Source of the DNA: an uncultured Bacteroidaceae bacterium
GTDB lineage: Bacteria; Bacteroidota; Bacteroidia; Bacteroidales; Bacteroidaceae
NCBI GenBank assembly: GCA_905234125.1
Contig: CAJOGQ010000002.1
Span: 455-64,454, forward strand
Direction: 5' to 3'
DNA: 64,000 bases
Of this stretch, positions 25,897 to 34,553 are shown one piece after another; the first letter of the stretch is position 1, and every line of letters starts with the position of its first letter. Under the pieces are notes generated by a model. It saw only the letters and a list, made by a program, of their open reading frames with translations, had not been told where the DNA came from and did no database searches. The position numbers and the translations under genes were made by a program.

Positions 25897-27228
25897 TTAT
25901 CGATTAGGATAGACCACTTCGTTGCTACGTTCGCCCAAACCGCCATAGTAATTGGCACAGCGGATGGAGTAGCAGGAGCCTTCAGGAGTGCCTTTGGGAA
26001 CCGTGTATTGGGGTTCGGTGGTGAAGGCCACCACATCGCGGTTCTTGCACACAGCATAGAGGTAGGCTTCAGGGATGTCTTCCCAATAGATGGTGCCACG
26101 ATCCTTGATGTGTACCTCGGGGGGTAGGACTTGTGCTGAACGGCTGTCAGGATACCAGCCAGGGAACACGTTGTTGATGTCGTACTTCTCAGCTTCCTGC
26201 ACAGAGAGGTTGGGGTTGTAGCGCACGTTGGTGACCACGTTGTTGGCATCCTTAAACTGAGTGCGACGCCGTGCCGTAGGGGTCAGTTGGAACTCTGTGT
26301 CGAGGCTTTCATATTCAGAGAAGAGACGGGGCAGGGTTCCGTGCATCTCTGTCCATCCGAGTGAGTCGGGCTGAAGTTCCATCATGGTACCAAGGAAGAC
26401 GGCACGTGGCGCATTCTTCCAAGGGCGCCCCAGCATGTATTTGCCAGCTTGTTCAGGGGAACCATAAATGCGACAGGAGTTGAACACATAGCCATAATTG
26501 CGGTTGGCCTCAGTGGCAGGAGCACAGATCACATCGCTCTTTCCACCTCGATTGCGCAGTTCGATGTCGCAGCGATTGAAGTAGATGGTGCCACCTCCGC
26601 AGATGAAATCGACAGTGCCCTTGATGGTGCAGTCCTCCAGATAGGTTGTGCCTCCGTCGTTGGTGTAGTAGGTGTCCTGATTGCTCATCAGCGAGAGGTT
26701 CTTGAAGATGTTTCCCTTACAGTTTTTCTCATTGAGGGCTACAGCACGGCTGGCAAAGGCCGTCATGTCGTCGCGATAGTTCGACCACAACTCGATGTCC
26801 TGGATATAGGTGCTATCTGCTCCTTTCAGGAAGAGGGTGGAGGTGCAACTGATGCCCTCATGCATGGGCATGGATTCAATCTGCGTGTTCTTCATGCCCT
26901 CACCGCAGATGCTGGTGTTGGGAGCCGTGAGGATGGTCATGGGGCTGGGAATCGTGATTTCCTTCCCATTCTCAGTGATGGTGATAGGATTGCCCTCACC
27001 CTTGATGCGGTACATGCTCGACTTGATGAAGATGCGGAATCGCTTGGACTTGTCAGGACGGTTGTTGGCCGCCTTGATGGCTGCCACGAAGTTGCCATTA
27101 GTGGGCACCACAAAGTCGTACTTATAGCGGATGCGCTTCACAGAGTCAGACGTCTGAGCCCCTGCTGGACTTGCCAGCAGGGTGATCAGAGATAAGGTAA
27201 TAATAAATATATGTGTCAGTCTATGCAT
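25897..27228 (-). CDS. Pectinesterase (carbohydrate esterase family 8)
   Basis: It has a signal peptide and the CE8 signatures QDTYY, GTVDFICGGG and LGRPW. Confidence 0.85.
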   Translation of the reverse strand: MHRLTHIFIITLSLITLLASPAGAQTSDSVKRIRYKYDFVVPTNGNFVAAIKAANNRPDKSKRFRIFIKSSMYRIKGEGNPITITENGKEITIPSPMTILTAPNTSICGEGMKNTQIESMPMHEGISCTSTLFLKGADSTYIQDIELWSNYRDDMTAFASRAVALNEKNCKGNIFKNLSLMSNQDTYYTNDGGTTYLEDCTIKGTVDFICGGGTIYFNRCDIELRNRGGKSDVICAPATEANRNYGYVFNSCRIYGSPEQAGKYMLGRPWKNAPRAVFLGTMMELQPDSLGWTEMHGTLPRLFSEYESLDTEFQLTPTARRRTQFKDANNVVTNVRYNPNLSVQEAEKYDINNVFPGWYPDSRSAQVLPPEVHIKDRGTIYWEDIPEAYLYAVCKNRDVVAFTTEPQYTVPKGTPEGSCYSIRCANYYGGLGERSNEVVYPNR

Positions 27229-28163
27229 TATTTCAGTTGATCCAACTTATCATTCTTCTCAATTGTCCACCCTTCACGCTTCGAGATGCCACAGTCAGCA
27301 CCCTTGAACATCTTGGCGGCTTCCTTGTCACCTTTCAGTTGCCAGTCAAGCCATGCAAGAGCCACGATAGAGAACTCGCCACCATGAGGCTGACCGTATG
27401 TACCACCATGACCCACGGGCAGATTCGTGGCACAAGCAGGCACATGGTCGATACGGTGGAAGTCATCCATGCCGTTGCCGTATGCGATATCCTTTTCACC
27501 TCCCAACATGTACATGATAGGAGAGTGAATCTCCTTCAGTTTTGACTTCGGAGGCATCGGCATGCCACCTACGGCACTTCCTGCATTCTCCTGATTGAAC
27601 AGACCGCTGTTGCAGATCATCAAAGTCTTGATGCGCTTGTCGGCACAGTTGAAAAGAGTCTGAAGACCACCACAAGACATGCCAGCCACGCAGATGTTCT
27701 TCACGTCAAGCTTCCCATAATAGGGTGAGTTCTTGTCGGCATTCACCTTCTCCACCCAGTCCATTGCTTCAATCTGCTGTTCAGTCTTGGACATAGGACC
27801 CTGGTAGCGCTCGCCCTCCTTGGGGAAATAGCCAGTGGCCACCACAATGTAGCCGTGTGAGGCAATCTCATTGAGGAACAACTGATGCTCCCAAGGAGAG
27901 TTCGTGCAGGCACCATTACCCCACACCAACACAGGCAGAGGATTCTTCGCATTGAAAGCAGACAAATCCTGTGGCACAAAGATAGTGTGTGCATCTAACG
28001 AAGGCTCCTCCTTCATGATAGCTTTGTAGGCACCTGTGCCGCCCTCTTCCAATACACGTGAGGCAGGAGCATCCTCCGCCATTGTAAAACTCATGCTGAT
28101 GGCACCCAGTGTCATCCATGTTGCTGTAGCCAATGCTAAACAGGCTAATTTCTTTCCTTTCAT
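27228..28163 (-). CDS. Secreted alpha/beta-hydrolase esterase
   Basis: It has the signal peptide MKGKKLACLALATATW and the nucleophile elbow GMSCGG. Its stop overlaps the pectinesterase ATG by 1 nt (TAATG). The start was trimmed to 28163. Confidence 0.7.
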   Translation of the reverse strand: MKGKKLACLALATATWMTLGAISMSFTMAEDAPASRVLEEGGTGAYKAIMKEEPSLDAHTIFVPQDLSAFNAKNPLPVLVWGNGACTNSPWEHQLFLNEIASHGYIVVATGYFPKEGERYQGPMSKTEQQIEAMDWVEKVNADKNSPYYGKLDVKNICVAGMSCGGLQTLFNCADKRIKTLMICNSGLFNQENAGSAVGGMPMPPKSKLKEIHSPIMYMLGGEKDIAYGNGMDDFHRIDHVPACATNLPVGHGGTYGQPHGGEFSIVALAWLDWQLKGDKEAAKMFKGADCGISKREGWTIEKNDKLDQLK

Positions 28164-28200
28164 AAGTAGTAATTTGATTAGATTGAGTAAAAACTGGGGG

Positions 28201-28208
28201 CAAAGGTA
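28201..28208 (-). promoter_or_regulatory. -7 promoter box (TACCTTTG on the minus strand)
   Basis: It lies 38 nt upstream of the esterase ATG at 28163. Confidence 0.45.
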
Positions 28209-28233
28209 CGGATTAGTGAGAGAAAAACCAAAT

Positions 28234-29757
28234 TTATTTGAGTTTTTCCTTATTGTAAATCTTTTTGCCCCCCACAATCAGTATGGATTTCTTTGACTGA
28301 ACGTCAACCTTCCGTCCGCTCAGGTCGTAAGAGTTGAGAGTTGACAATTGAGAGTTGACAGTTTTGGGGGCTTGGATAGCCAAAGGGTCTTGGCTGAATT
28401 GCCACGAGTCGAAGTCGAACAGAGAGGAACCATTGCCAGAGAACGTGAAGTAGAGGTCACAAACGCCAGTGATGGGGGTTCTCAGTTCGCAGGTCACGTC
28501 CTGCCACTCACCGTTGGTTGGCTCAATGGACACAGTGCCCTTGATGGTGCCCGTCTTGCTTCCGATACGGACAGACATCGAACCCTTCTGCTCAGCCTTC
28601 ACCTTGGCTGTGAACACCTTTGCTCCAGCCTCGCCAAAGTCCACATTGCGCACCTTGATATAGTCGCCACTGCTGATGTTCGTCACATAACAACCCGTGT
28701 AGTCGCCCATGCACTTCACACCCTGACATTGGTTGATGGTCTCAGCCTCCTGGGGTGCGTATGGGTCGAGCGTCTGCAAGGGAGCGACACCCTTGGCCGT
28801 GTATTTGATGAAGGGCAACGAACCATCTTCATTAGGCGTGAACTCCTCCACACAAGTCGAACGTTTGTAGCCACCACCACCCGACAACTTGCCGTTGTGA
28901 TAGAACAGATAATGGTGTCCCTTGAATTCCACTGAGCCTCCATGAATGGTGAAGCTGTTGTCTGCCAACCCCATCACCTTGCCCTGATACGTCCAAGGGC
29001 CAGTTATCTTGTCAGCTGTCGAATAAGCCCAATGCTCAGGCACGCCGCCAGCCGCATACTCCAAATAATACTTGCCATTCCTCTTGTACACCCACGAAGC
29101 CTCCTCAAAGTTGGTCTTCGGCGTGCCATCATCGTTATAACCCTTATAGGGGCCAAAAGCCTTCTCGTCCTTCGTCTTCACCTCATTCTCACCACCTACA
29201 ATCGCCATCATCGTCTTCGACAGCTTGGCATACCACAGCATGTTGTTACCATAGAAGAGGTAAGCCTGTCCGTCGTCGTCAATAAAAACTGTAGGGTCTA
29301 TCTTGAACCATCCCTTCACCAGGGGCTTCTTGATGGAATCCTTGTAAGGGCCAGCCGGATGGTCAGCCACAGCCACACCGATGCCAGGATATGCCTCTCC
29401 TTTGATGGTGGCCGTCACATACCAATACCACTTTCCGTTGCGCTCTATGCACTGGCTTGCCCAGCAGTCGTTGTCAGTCTTCGCCCACGCCTTAAAGGTC
29501 TCTCCCGTCAGCGGAGTGCCCCGATAAGTCCAGTTCACCATATCGACCGTGCTGTACAACAACCAGTCCTTCATGGTGAAGTAGTTATTCTCCGTCACGT
29601 CCTCATCGTGGTCCACAAAGAGATACAACGTGTCGTTGTGCACGTATGGTGCAGGGTCAGGCGTGTAGCGGTCACAGATGATAGGGTTCTGTGCCGCAGC
29701 CATCATAGAGGCCAGCGTGATGCCCCCCAAAACAAGCAATCTTTTCATCTTTCTCAT
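28234..29757 (-). CDS. Glycoside hydrolase family 43 with a CBM6-like module and a T9SS C-terminal sorting domain
   Basis: It has a signal peptide and a GH43 five-bladed propeller (DPAPYVHNDTLYLF, WASQCIE). A CBM6-like segment follows. The C-terminus YDLSGRKVDVQSKKSILIVGGKKIY is typical of Por/T9SS CTDs. The start is 29757 or 29748. Confidence 0.8.
   Translation of the reverse strand: MRKMKRLLVLGGITLASMMAAAQNPIICDRYTPDPAPYVHNDTLYLFVDHDEDVTENNYFTMKDWLLYSTVDMVNWTYRGTPLTGETFKAWAKTDNDCWASQCIERNGKWYWYVTATIKGEAYPGIGVAVADHPAGPYKDSIKKPLVKGWFKIDPTVFIDDDGQAYLFYGNNMLWYAKLSKTMMAIVGGENEVKTKDEKAFGPYKGYNDDGTPKTNFEEASWVYKRNGKYYLEYAAGGVPEHWAYSTADKITGPWTYQGKVMGLADNSFTIHGGSVEFKGHHYLFYHNGKLSGGGGYKRSTCVEEFTPNEDGSLPFIKYTAKGVAPLQTLDPYAPQEAETINQCQGVKCMGDYTGCYVTNISSGDYIKVRNVDFGEAGAKVFTAKVKAEQKGSMSVRIGSKTGTIKGTVSIEPTNGEWQDVTCELRTPITGVCDLYFTFSGNGSSLFDFDSWQFSQDPLAIQAPKTVNSQLSTLNSYDLSGRKVDVQSKKSILIVGGKKIYNKEKLK
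28331..28363. repeat. AACTCTC-family heptamer array (4 units) forming the linker before the T9SS CTD
   Basis: The plus strand reads GAGTTGAGAGTTGACAATTGAGAGTTGACAGTT. The gene strand encodes VNSQLSTLNS. Confidence 0.85.
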
Positions 29758-29778
29758 GGGTCGAAAAATTATTTTGTG

Positions 29779-29786
29779 CAAAGGTA
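29779..29786 (-). promoter_or_regulatory. -7 promoter box (TACCTTTG on the minus strand)
   Basis: It lies 22 nt upstream of the ATG at 29757. Confidence 0.5.
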
Positions 29787-29949
29787 GTGAAAAATTTGAG
29801 AAAGTGAGCAAGAGAGAAGGCATTATCGTTTCTATGCACGACAAATTGGTGTAAAATCGAGAGAGGAACAGGATTAATGTCATTATTTGGAGATACCCAC
29901 CATTTGGGAAATTTGTAAATAGGCTAAAGATAAAACAACGCCGTTATGA

Positions 29950-30030
29950 ACGAGCCACCGGCTCAACGCCTTTGAGCTACCGGCTCGTCGCCCTTGAGCT
30001 ACCGGCTCAACGCCTTGAGGGTACCGGCTG
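29950..30030 (+). repeat. REP-like ~80-bp palindromic element, copy A
   Basis: The sequence is ACGAGCCACCGGCTCAACGCCTTTGAGCTACCGGCTCGTCGCCCTTGAGCTACCGGCTCAACGCCTTGAGGGTACCGGCTG. It lies just downstream of the CotH-like gene stop (30036). Confidence 0.85.
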
Positions 30031-30035
30031 ATTGT

Positions 30036-31817
30036 TTATCGAATCAGCACCTTTTTGTTTGTCCCATCACTATATATATAAATGTATATGCCTTGGGTGG
30101 GAGCATCCACCTTGATGCCAGAGAGCGTATAGATGCCGATGAGATGGCGAAGGGGATTGGAGGAATCCAGATTTGCGATGCCATCGATGGGAGGCTCATA
30201 GTCCCAATAGGCGTCGAGATAGGCTATGCGGTCGGAAATCCATCCATGCAGACGCTGGAGGGTGTCGATGTTGGAATTGCGGATGTAGGGTTTGGTGCCT
30301 GACACCTGTGTGGTGGCTCGCCACAAACGGCCTTCGAGCTTGCAGACATCACCTGCCTGATAGAGATAGGCAGAGTTGTGGGGTGGAACGTCGTCGTAGA
30401 GTTCCCAATCGTCGCACACTTCCCAACCTGAACGGCATATCGTTTCGCCATAGCAAGGACTGTCAGGCCAGCGTGTGCGTTCCTGTTCGTAGAAGGACTC
30501 CCCTACTCGCTCATACCAGTCGTCGGCCAACTGACAGATGTTGTCGGCATCGAACACCTTGCTGTCACGCAATTCATGGTAGCGCTGACGGATTTCATCC
30601 TGATAGTAGTAGTGAATCCACCAGAAGGGACCATAAGTGAGCGACCCTATCGGATGGTCGGCAGGACGCACCACACCATAGAGATTGATGCCAAAGGTCT
30701 GGTCGAGGTCGTAAGGAGTGACGAGCCAACGCTGACCGTCGTAGGTGAACCATTGCCAGTTCTTCAGCGTTCCGTCGCAGTTCACCTGCAGGTAGAAGAG
30801 CACGTAGTAGTCGATGAGGCTTCCTATTTCGTAGCGACGCTCTATCTCCTGTCGCATCGTCTTCCTGTTCGCCCCACTCTCTAACAACTGCTCCAGTTCC
30901 TTCCAGTAGTGGCTCATCTGAATGATGCTTTGCTTGACAGCATTACTCCTTTCCTTTATCTCCTTCACCTCTTCTGAATCGCTCGCCTGGCGGTATTTGG
31001 CACATGTGTCGCCCATCAGTTCCTTGGGCTGGTTGCCGTCGTAGAGGGTGTCTTCGATGGCGTAGAGTGGCTTGGGATTGCGCACCTCGAACTGATTCCA
31101 GTTGATTTTACCCTGAAAGATGTTGTTGTCGTTCAGATTGCCGTCCAAATGGATATGCGTTGCCACATCCTCCTGCATGTTCATGTTCTTTCGGCTCTTC
31201 TTCAGTTGCCAGGCAAAGATGCCATAGAACTTGCCGTTCAGATAGACCACGCAGGGGAAGGCATCAGGAAAGCAACGTGCCCGAGGATTGTCATCTTCAT
31301 AGCCTACACGTTGCCAAAATGGGGGTCGGTCTGCCACCATCTGGGCATAGAGTTTATAACCCACCTCGCCGATGCCACGCAGGAAGTCGGTGTAGAAGGC
31401 CTTGAAGTGGAAAGAGCTTTGTTTCACCCAATCGCCAATCTTGAAGTCTGTTCCCCCCTCCTCGTTCCAGAGGCTGTCGCAGAAATGGCAAACGAAGTTC
31501 CGCTTGGGATGCTTCAGCGAATAACCGCCTTGTGCATGCAGCGTCACCGCCTTCTTGAAATAGCGTCCATGACCATCATACACCTCCATCCAACCCTGCT
31601 TCTCCGTCTTCTTGGTTGTCGGCATAGCTGTGAACCCCGTCAGGTTGACGAATGCCAATCGTGGCTCTTCCATCTCCACTTTGTTCACGTCACTCATGTC
31701 CGTCACGCCCTCCTTGAGTCCACGTTCCATCACCATCTTCTCGAACTCAGTCGTTGTCTGAGCCCAAGTGACGATGCCCCACATCAGGACGCATAGAAAC
31801 AGTATCTTTCTCTTCAT
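30036..31817 (-). CDS. CotH kinase-family protein with a T9SS C-terminal sorting domain
   Basis: It has a signal peptide and the CotH-type segments VVYLNGKFYGIFAWQLK and TPYDLDQTFG. The C-terminus is YTLSGIKVDAPTQGIYIYIYSDGTNKKVLI. The start was trimmed to MKRKILFL (31817). Confidence 0.75.
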   Translation of the reverse strand: MKRKILFLCVLMWGIVTWAQTTTEFEKMVMERGLKEGVTDMSDVNKVEMEEPRLAFVNLTGFTAMPTTKKTEKQGWMEVYDGHGRYFKKAVTLHAQGGYSLKHPKRNFVCHFCDSLWNEEGGTDFKIGDWVKQSSFHFKAFYTDFLRGIGEVGYKLYAQMVADRPPFWQRVGYEDDNPRARCFPDAFPCVVYLNGKFYGIFAWQLKKSRKNMNMQEDVATHIHLDGNLNDNNIFQGKINWNQFEVRNPKPLYAIEDTLYDGNQPKELMGDTCAKYRQASDSEEVKEIKERSNAVKQSIIQMSHYWKELEQLLESGANRKTMRQEIERRYEIGSLIDYYVLFYLQVNCDGTLKNWQWFTYDGQRWLVTPYDLDQTFGINLYGVVRPADHPIGSLTYGPFWWIHYYYQDEIRQRYHELRDSKVFDADNICQLADDWYERVGESFYEQERTRWPDSPCYGETICRSGWEVCDDWELYDDVPPHNSAYLYQAGDVCKLEGRLWRATTQVSGTKPYIRNSNIDTLQRLHGWISDRIAYLDAYWDYEPPIDGIANLDSSNPLRHLIGIYTLSGIKVDAPTQGIYIYIYSDGTNKKVLIR

Positions 31818-31834
31818 GAATTGGGAATTTGGTG

Positions 31835-31842
31835 CAAAAATA
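31835..31842 (-). promoter_or_regulatory. -7 promoter box (TATTTTTG on the minus strand)
   Basis: It lies 18 nt upstream of the ATG at 31817. Confidence 0.45.
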
Positions 31843-31906
31843 GGGCAAAATCCGCATAAGACAAAACAAAACACCGAAAATGTTTGTCTGGTATCTTCTT
31901 ATTCAC

Positions 31907-31914
31907 TAACTTTG
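31907..31914 (+). promoter_or_regulatory. -7 promoter box (TAACTTTG)
   Basis: It lies 19 nt upstream of the ATG at 31933. Confidence 0.45.
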
Positions 31915-31932
31915 TGCTCACATCTGAAATGA

Positions 31933-32343
31933 TTGATTATGGCTAATTACATCTTTGAACTGAAAGACAAGGTGCGTGACTATGAGTGCGACCTGCAAGG
32001 AATTGTGAATAATGCGAACTATCAGCACTATCTGGAACACTGTCGGCATGAGTTTCTGCTGGCTCACAACATCAGCTTTGCTGAGTTGCATGAGAAGGGT
32101 ACGGATGCTGTGGTGGCAAGGCTGACCATGCAGTTTAAGGTGCCCCTGAAGAGTAAGGATGAGTATGTGACGAAACTCTGGATTAAGAAGGATGGGGTGA
32201 GGTATATCTTTATGCAGGACATCTTCAGGTTGCCTGACATGAAGCTGTGTGTCAGGGCTCAGGTGGATTCTGTGTGCCTGGTGGATGGGAAGCTGGCAGA
32301 GAGTGAGGAACTGAATGAGAAGTTTGGGCCGTTTATGCAGTAG
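31933..32343 (+). CDS. Acyl-CoA thioesterase, 4HBT/YbgC-like hot-dog fold
   Basis: 136-aa ORF with VRDYECDLQGIVNNANYQHYLEHCRHEFL, typical of YbgC/FcoT-type thioesterases. Confidence 0.75.
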   Translation: MIMANYIFELKDKVRDYECDLQGIVNNANYQHYLEHCRHEFLLAHNISFAELHEKGTDAVVARLTMQFKVPLKSKDEYVTKLWIKKDGVRYIFMQDIFRLPDMKLCVRAQVDSVCLVDGKLAESEELNEKFGPFMQ

Positions 32344-32384
32344 GCTTTGTGGAGAAACCACGAAGAGCCAACAACGGTAAGGTA

Positions 32385-33509
32385 ATGAATCGTCAGGAGA
32401 TTATAGCAAGCATTGCGCTGAGCAAACTGAAGGGGTTGAACCTGCTGAATGCCAGAACACTGGTGGAGGCGATGGGTTCGGCTTCTGAGGTGTTGGCTCA
32501 TCGGAAGGACATCGTGAAGATGATTCCCAACGTGAGCCAGCGCTTGGTGGAGGCTTTTGCCGATGTGGATGTGGCCTTGAAAGAAGCTGAGCAGGAGATG
32601 GAGTTTGTGGAGAAGAAGAATCTGAAGGTCTTCACGCTGATGGATGAGGATTATCCAGGACGTCTGAGAGAGTGTGAGGATGCTCCTTTGGTGCTCTTCT
32701 ATTGCGGTTCTGCCGACTTGAACAGCCCTCACATCATCAATATGGTGGGCACAAGAAAGTGCTCGGAGTATGGGAAGGAAATCTGCAAGAACTTCATTGC
32801 CGACCTGAAACGCATGGCTCCAGACATCGTCATTGTGAGCGGCTTGGCATACGGCATCGACATCTGTGCTCATCGTGCCGCTTTGGACAATGGGATGGCC
32901 ACAGTGGGCGTTTTGGCTCATGGACTGGACACCATCTATCCTACGATGCATCGGCAGACAGCTGGCGAAATGGTACATCAGGGTGGCGGACTGCTGACGG
33001 AATACACCACCCACACGGAACCTGAGAAGCTGAACTTTGTGCGCAGAAACAGGATTGTGGCTGGCCTTTCAGATGCCTGCATCGTGGTAGAGAGTGCCAA
33101 GAAAGGCGGGTCACTCATCACGGCTGAGTTGGCGATGGACTATAACCGTGAAGTGTTTGCTTTCCCTGGCCGTGTGTATGATGAACACAGCATCGGATGC
33201 AACAACCTCATCAAACAGCATCAGGCCACCCTGCTGACGGATGCTAAGGACTTCTTGGAGACGATGGGGTGGATGACTGCAGATGTGAAGAAACCAGAGG
33301 CCATACAGCAGGAACTGTTTCCCGACCTCACGGATGAAGAAAAGGCTCTCCTGAACACCCTGAAGGATGTGGATGAGAAACACATCAACCAGATAGCCAT
33401 CGACACGAATATCCCCTATTCCCGTGCCAGCATGATTCTCTTCGACTTGGAGATGAAGGGGCTGGTGAAGGCACTTGGGGGGGCAAGATACAAAAGATGT
33501 AGAATGTAG
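32385..33509 (+). CDS. dprA: DNA-processing protein DprA
   Basis: It has a Rossmann-like DprA core (GLAYGIDICAHRAAL, GGSLITA) and a winged-helix C-terminus. The start was set to the ATG at 32385 rather than the GTG at 32349. Confidence 0.85.
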   Translation: MNRQEIIASIALSKLKGLNLLNARTLVEAMGSASEVLAHRKDIVKMIPNVSQRLVEAFADVDVALKEAEQEMEFVEKKNLKVFTLMDEDYPGRLRECEDAPLVLFYCGSADLNSPHIINMVGTRKCSEYGKEICKNFIADLKRMAPDIVIVSGLAYGIDICAHRAALDNGMATVGVLAHGLDTIYPTMHRQTAGEMVHQGGGLLTEYTTHTEPEKLNFVRRNRIVAGLSDACIVVESAKKGGSLITAELAMDYNREVFAFPGRVYDEHSIGCNNLIKQHQATLLTDAKDFLETMGWMTADVKKPEAIQQELFPDLTDEEKALLNTLKDVDEKHINQIAIDTNIPYSRASMILFDLEMKGLVKALGGARYKRCRM

Positions 33510-33541
33510 AATGTAAAATGGTAAATGTAAAATGTAAAATG
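33498..33541. repeat. GTARAAT heptamer array (6 units)
   Basis: The sequence is (T)GTAGAA TGTAGAA TGTAAAA TGGTAAA TGTAAAA TGTAAAA TG. It contains the dprA stop (TAG, 33507-33509) and the ATG at 33539. Confidence 0.9.
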
Positions 33542-33658
33542 AAAAAGACTTTTCTTATCATCATATTCTCCCTGCTTGCTATATCAATATGGGCATAGCG
33601 AGAAGAGTTTTTCAGCACCATCAGCATCACCCAGAATGCAGGTGGAAGACTTGGTACG

Positions 33659-34516
33659 ATGGATAAAGCTGATGAGGATGCTTACAGACAGGCCAAGGAG
33701 ATGCTCAGGAATCCCAACTCCACAAAGAAACAGCTTCGGAGGTCTGGAAAGACGCTGAAAAGCATCTATAAGAAGAAGAATGCTGAAATGAAGCTCATCA
33801 TGAAAGAGGTGGCAGAAAAAACCGACATCACGTTCTCATTGGAGGAAGCAGGAGGAGCTTGGCTTGGAGGTGAAGAGTACAGTTTCAAGGTGACAATAGA
33901 GGCTCCTTCACAAGATGCCTACGACAAAGCCCTGCAAGCCATCAGCTATGTTGCAGAAGCGACAAGACAGGATGCTTTCATTGAGAATCTCGGAGCGATG
34001 GATGAGTCTGAGATTACAGACGAGGGACTGCTGAAGGGTGATTACACGCCCTTTGTACATATTCCTTTTACAAAGCGCTTGTCGCAGCAAGAGCTGGCGG
34101 TGGTGCAAGATGTGTTTAATGCGGAAAGCAGTGATGACATTCCTCTCGACGCCACCATCACCAAAGATGAGATATGCTTTTCACTCCCTACATGGAAATT
34201 GGGAGAGAATCCGACCATCGAAGACTATCAGGAGTTATATAATCAGTGGTCAAACAAAATAAAAGAAACGTTCAGCAATGGAAAAGAAAGAAACCTTAAA
34301 GGATTGGTTGGAGAGACGTATGGACGAAGATATGAAAAGTCTCGGTTTCACCAGGCAGACAACGCCTACTCAGAAGAGCCAACAAGGGACTACACCAATC
34401 AAAGGAACCATTACATTTCTGAAAGGAAAATCAGCCAAGAAGGCAAAGGGGCGCTCTCAGCGTCCGAAGGACAAGCGATAAAGTCCTATGTGGAAAAGCT
34501 CCTTTTGGGGAAATAA
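33659..34516 (+). CDS. Hypothetical protein (possibly the body of a secreted protein whose signal peptide is cut off by an in-frame TAG)
   Basis: 285-aa ORF with no family I recognise. A signal-peptide-like mini-ORF (33539-33598) lies in the same frame, separated by one TAG. Confidence 0.55.
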   Translation: MDKADEDAYRQAKEMLRNPNSTKKQLRRSGKTLKSIYKKKNAEMKLIMKEVAEKTDITFSLEEAGGAWLGGEEYSFKVTIEAPSQDAYDKALQAISYVAEATRQDAFIENLGAMDESEITDEGLLKGDYTPFVHIPFTKRLSQQELAVVQDVFNAESSDDIPLDATITKDEICFSLPTWKLGENPTIEDYQELYNQWSNKIKETFSNGKERNLKGLVGETYGRRYEKSRFHQADNAYSEEPTRDYTNQRNHYISERKISQEGKGALSASEGQAIKSYVEKLLLGK

Positions 34517-34553
34517 ACAAAGAGTGGCAAGCCGAAGGGTTTGCCACTCTTGT

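Noticed and set aside
30071-30080. The (TA)5 dinucleotide run inside the T9SS CTD of the CotH-like gene (encoding IYIYIY), considered as a frameshift switch.
   Set aside because: Five units is too short to expect appreciable slippage, and the peptide fits the usual GIYI motif of CTDs.
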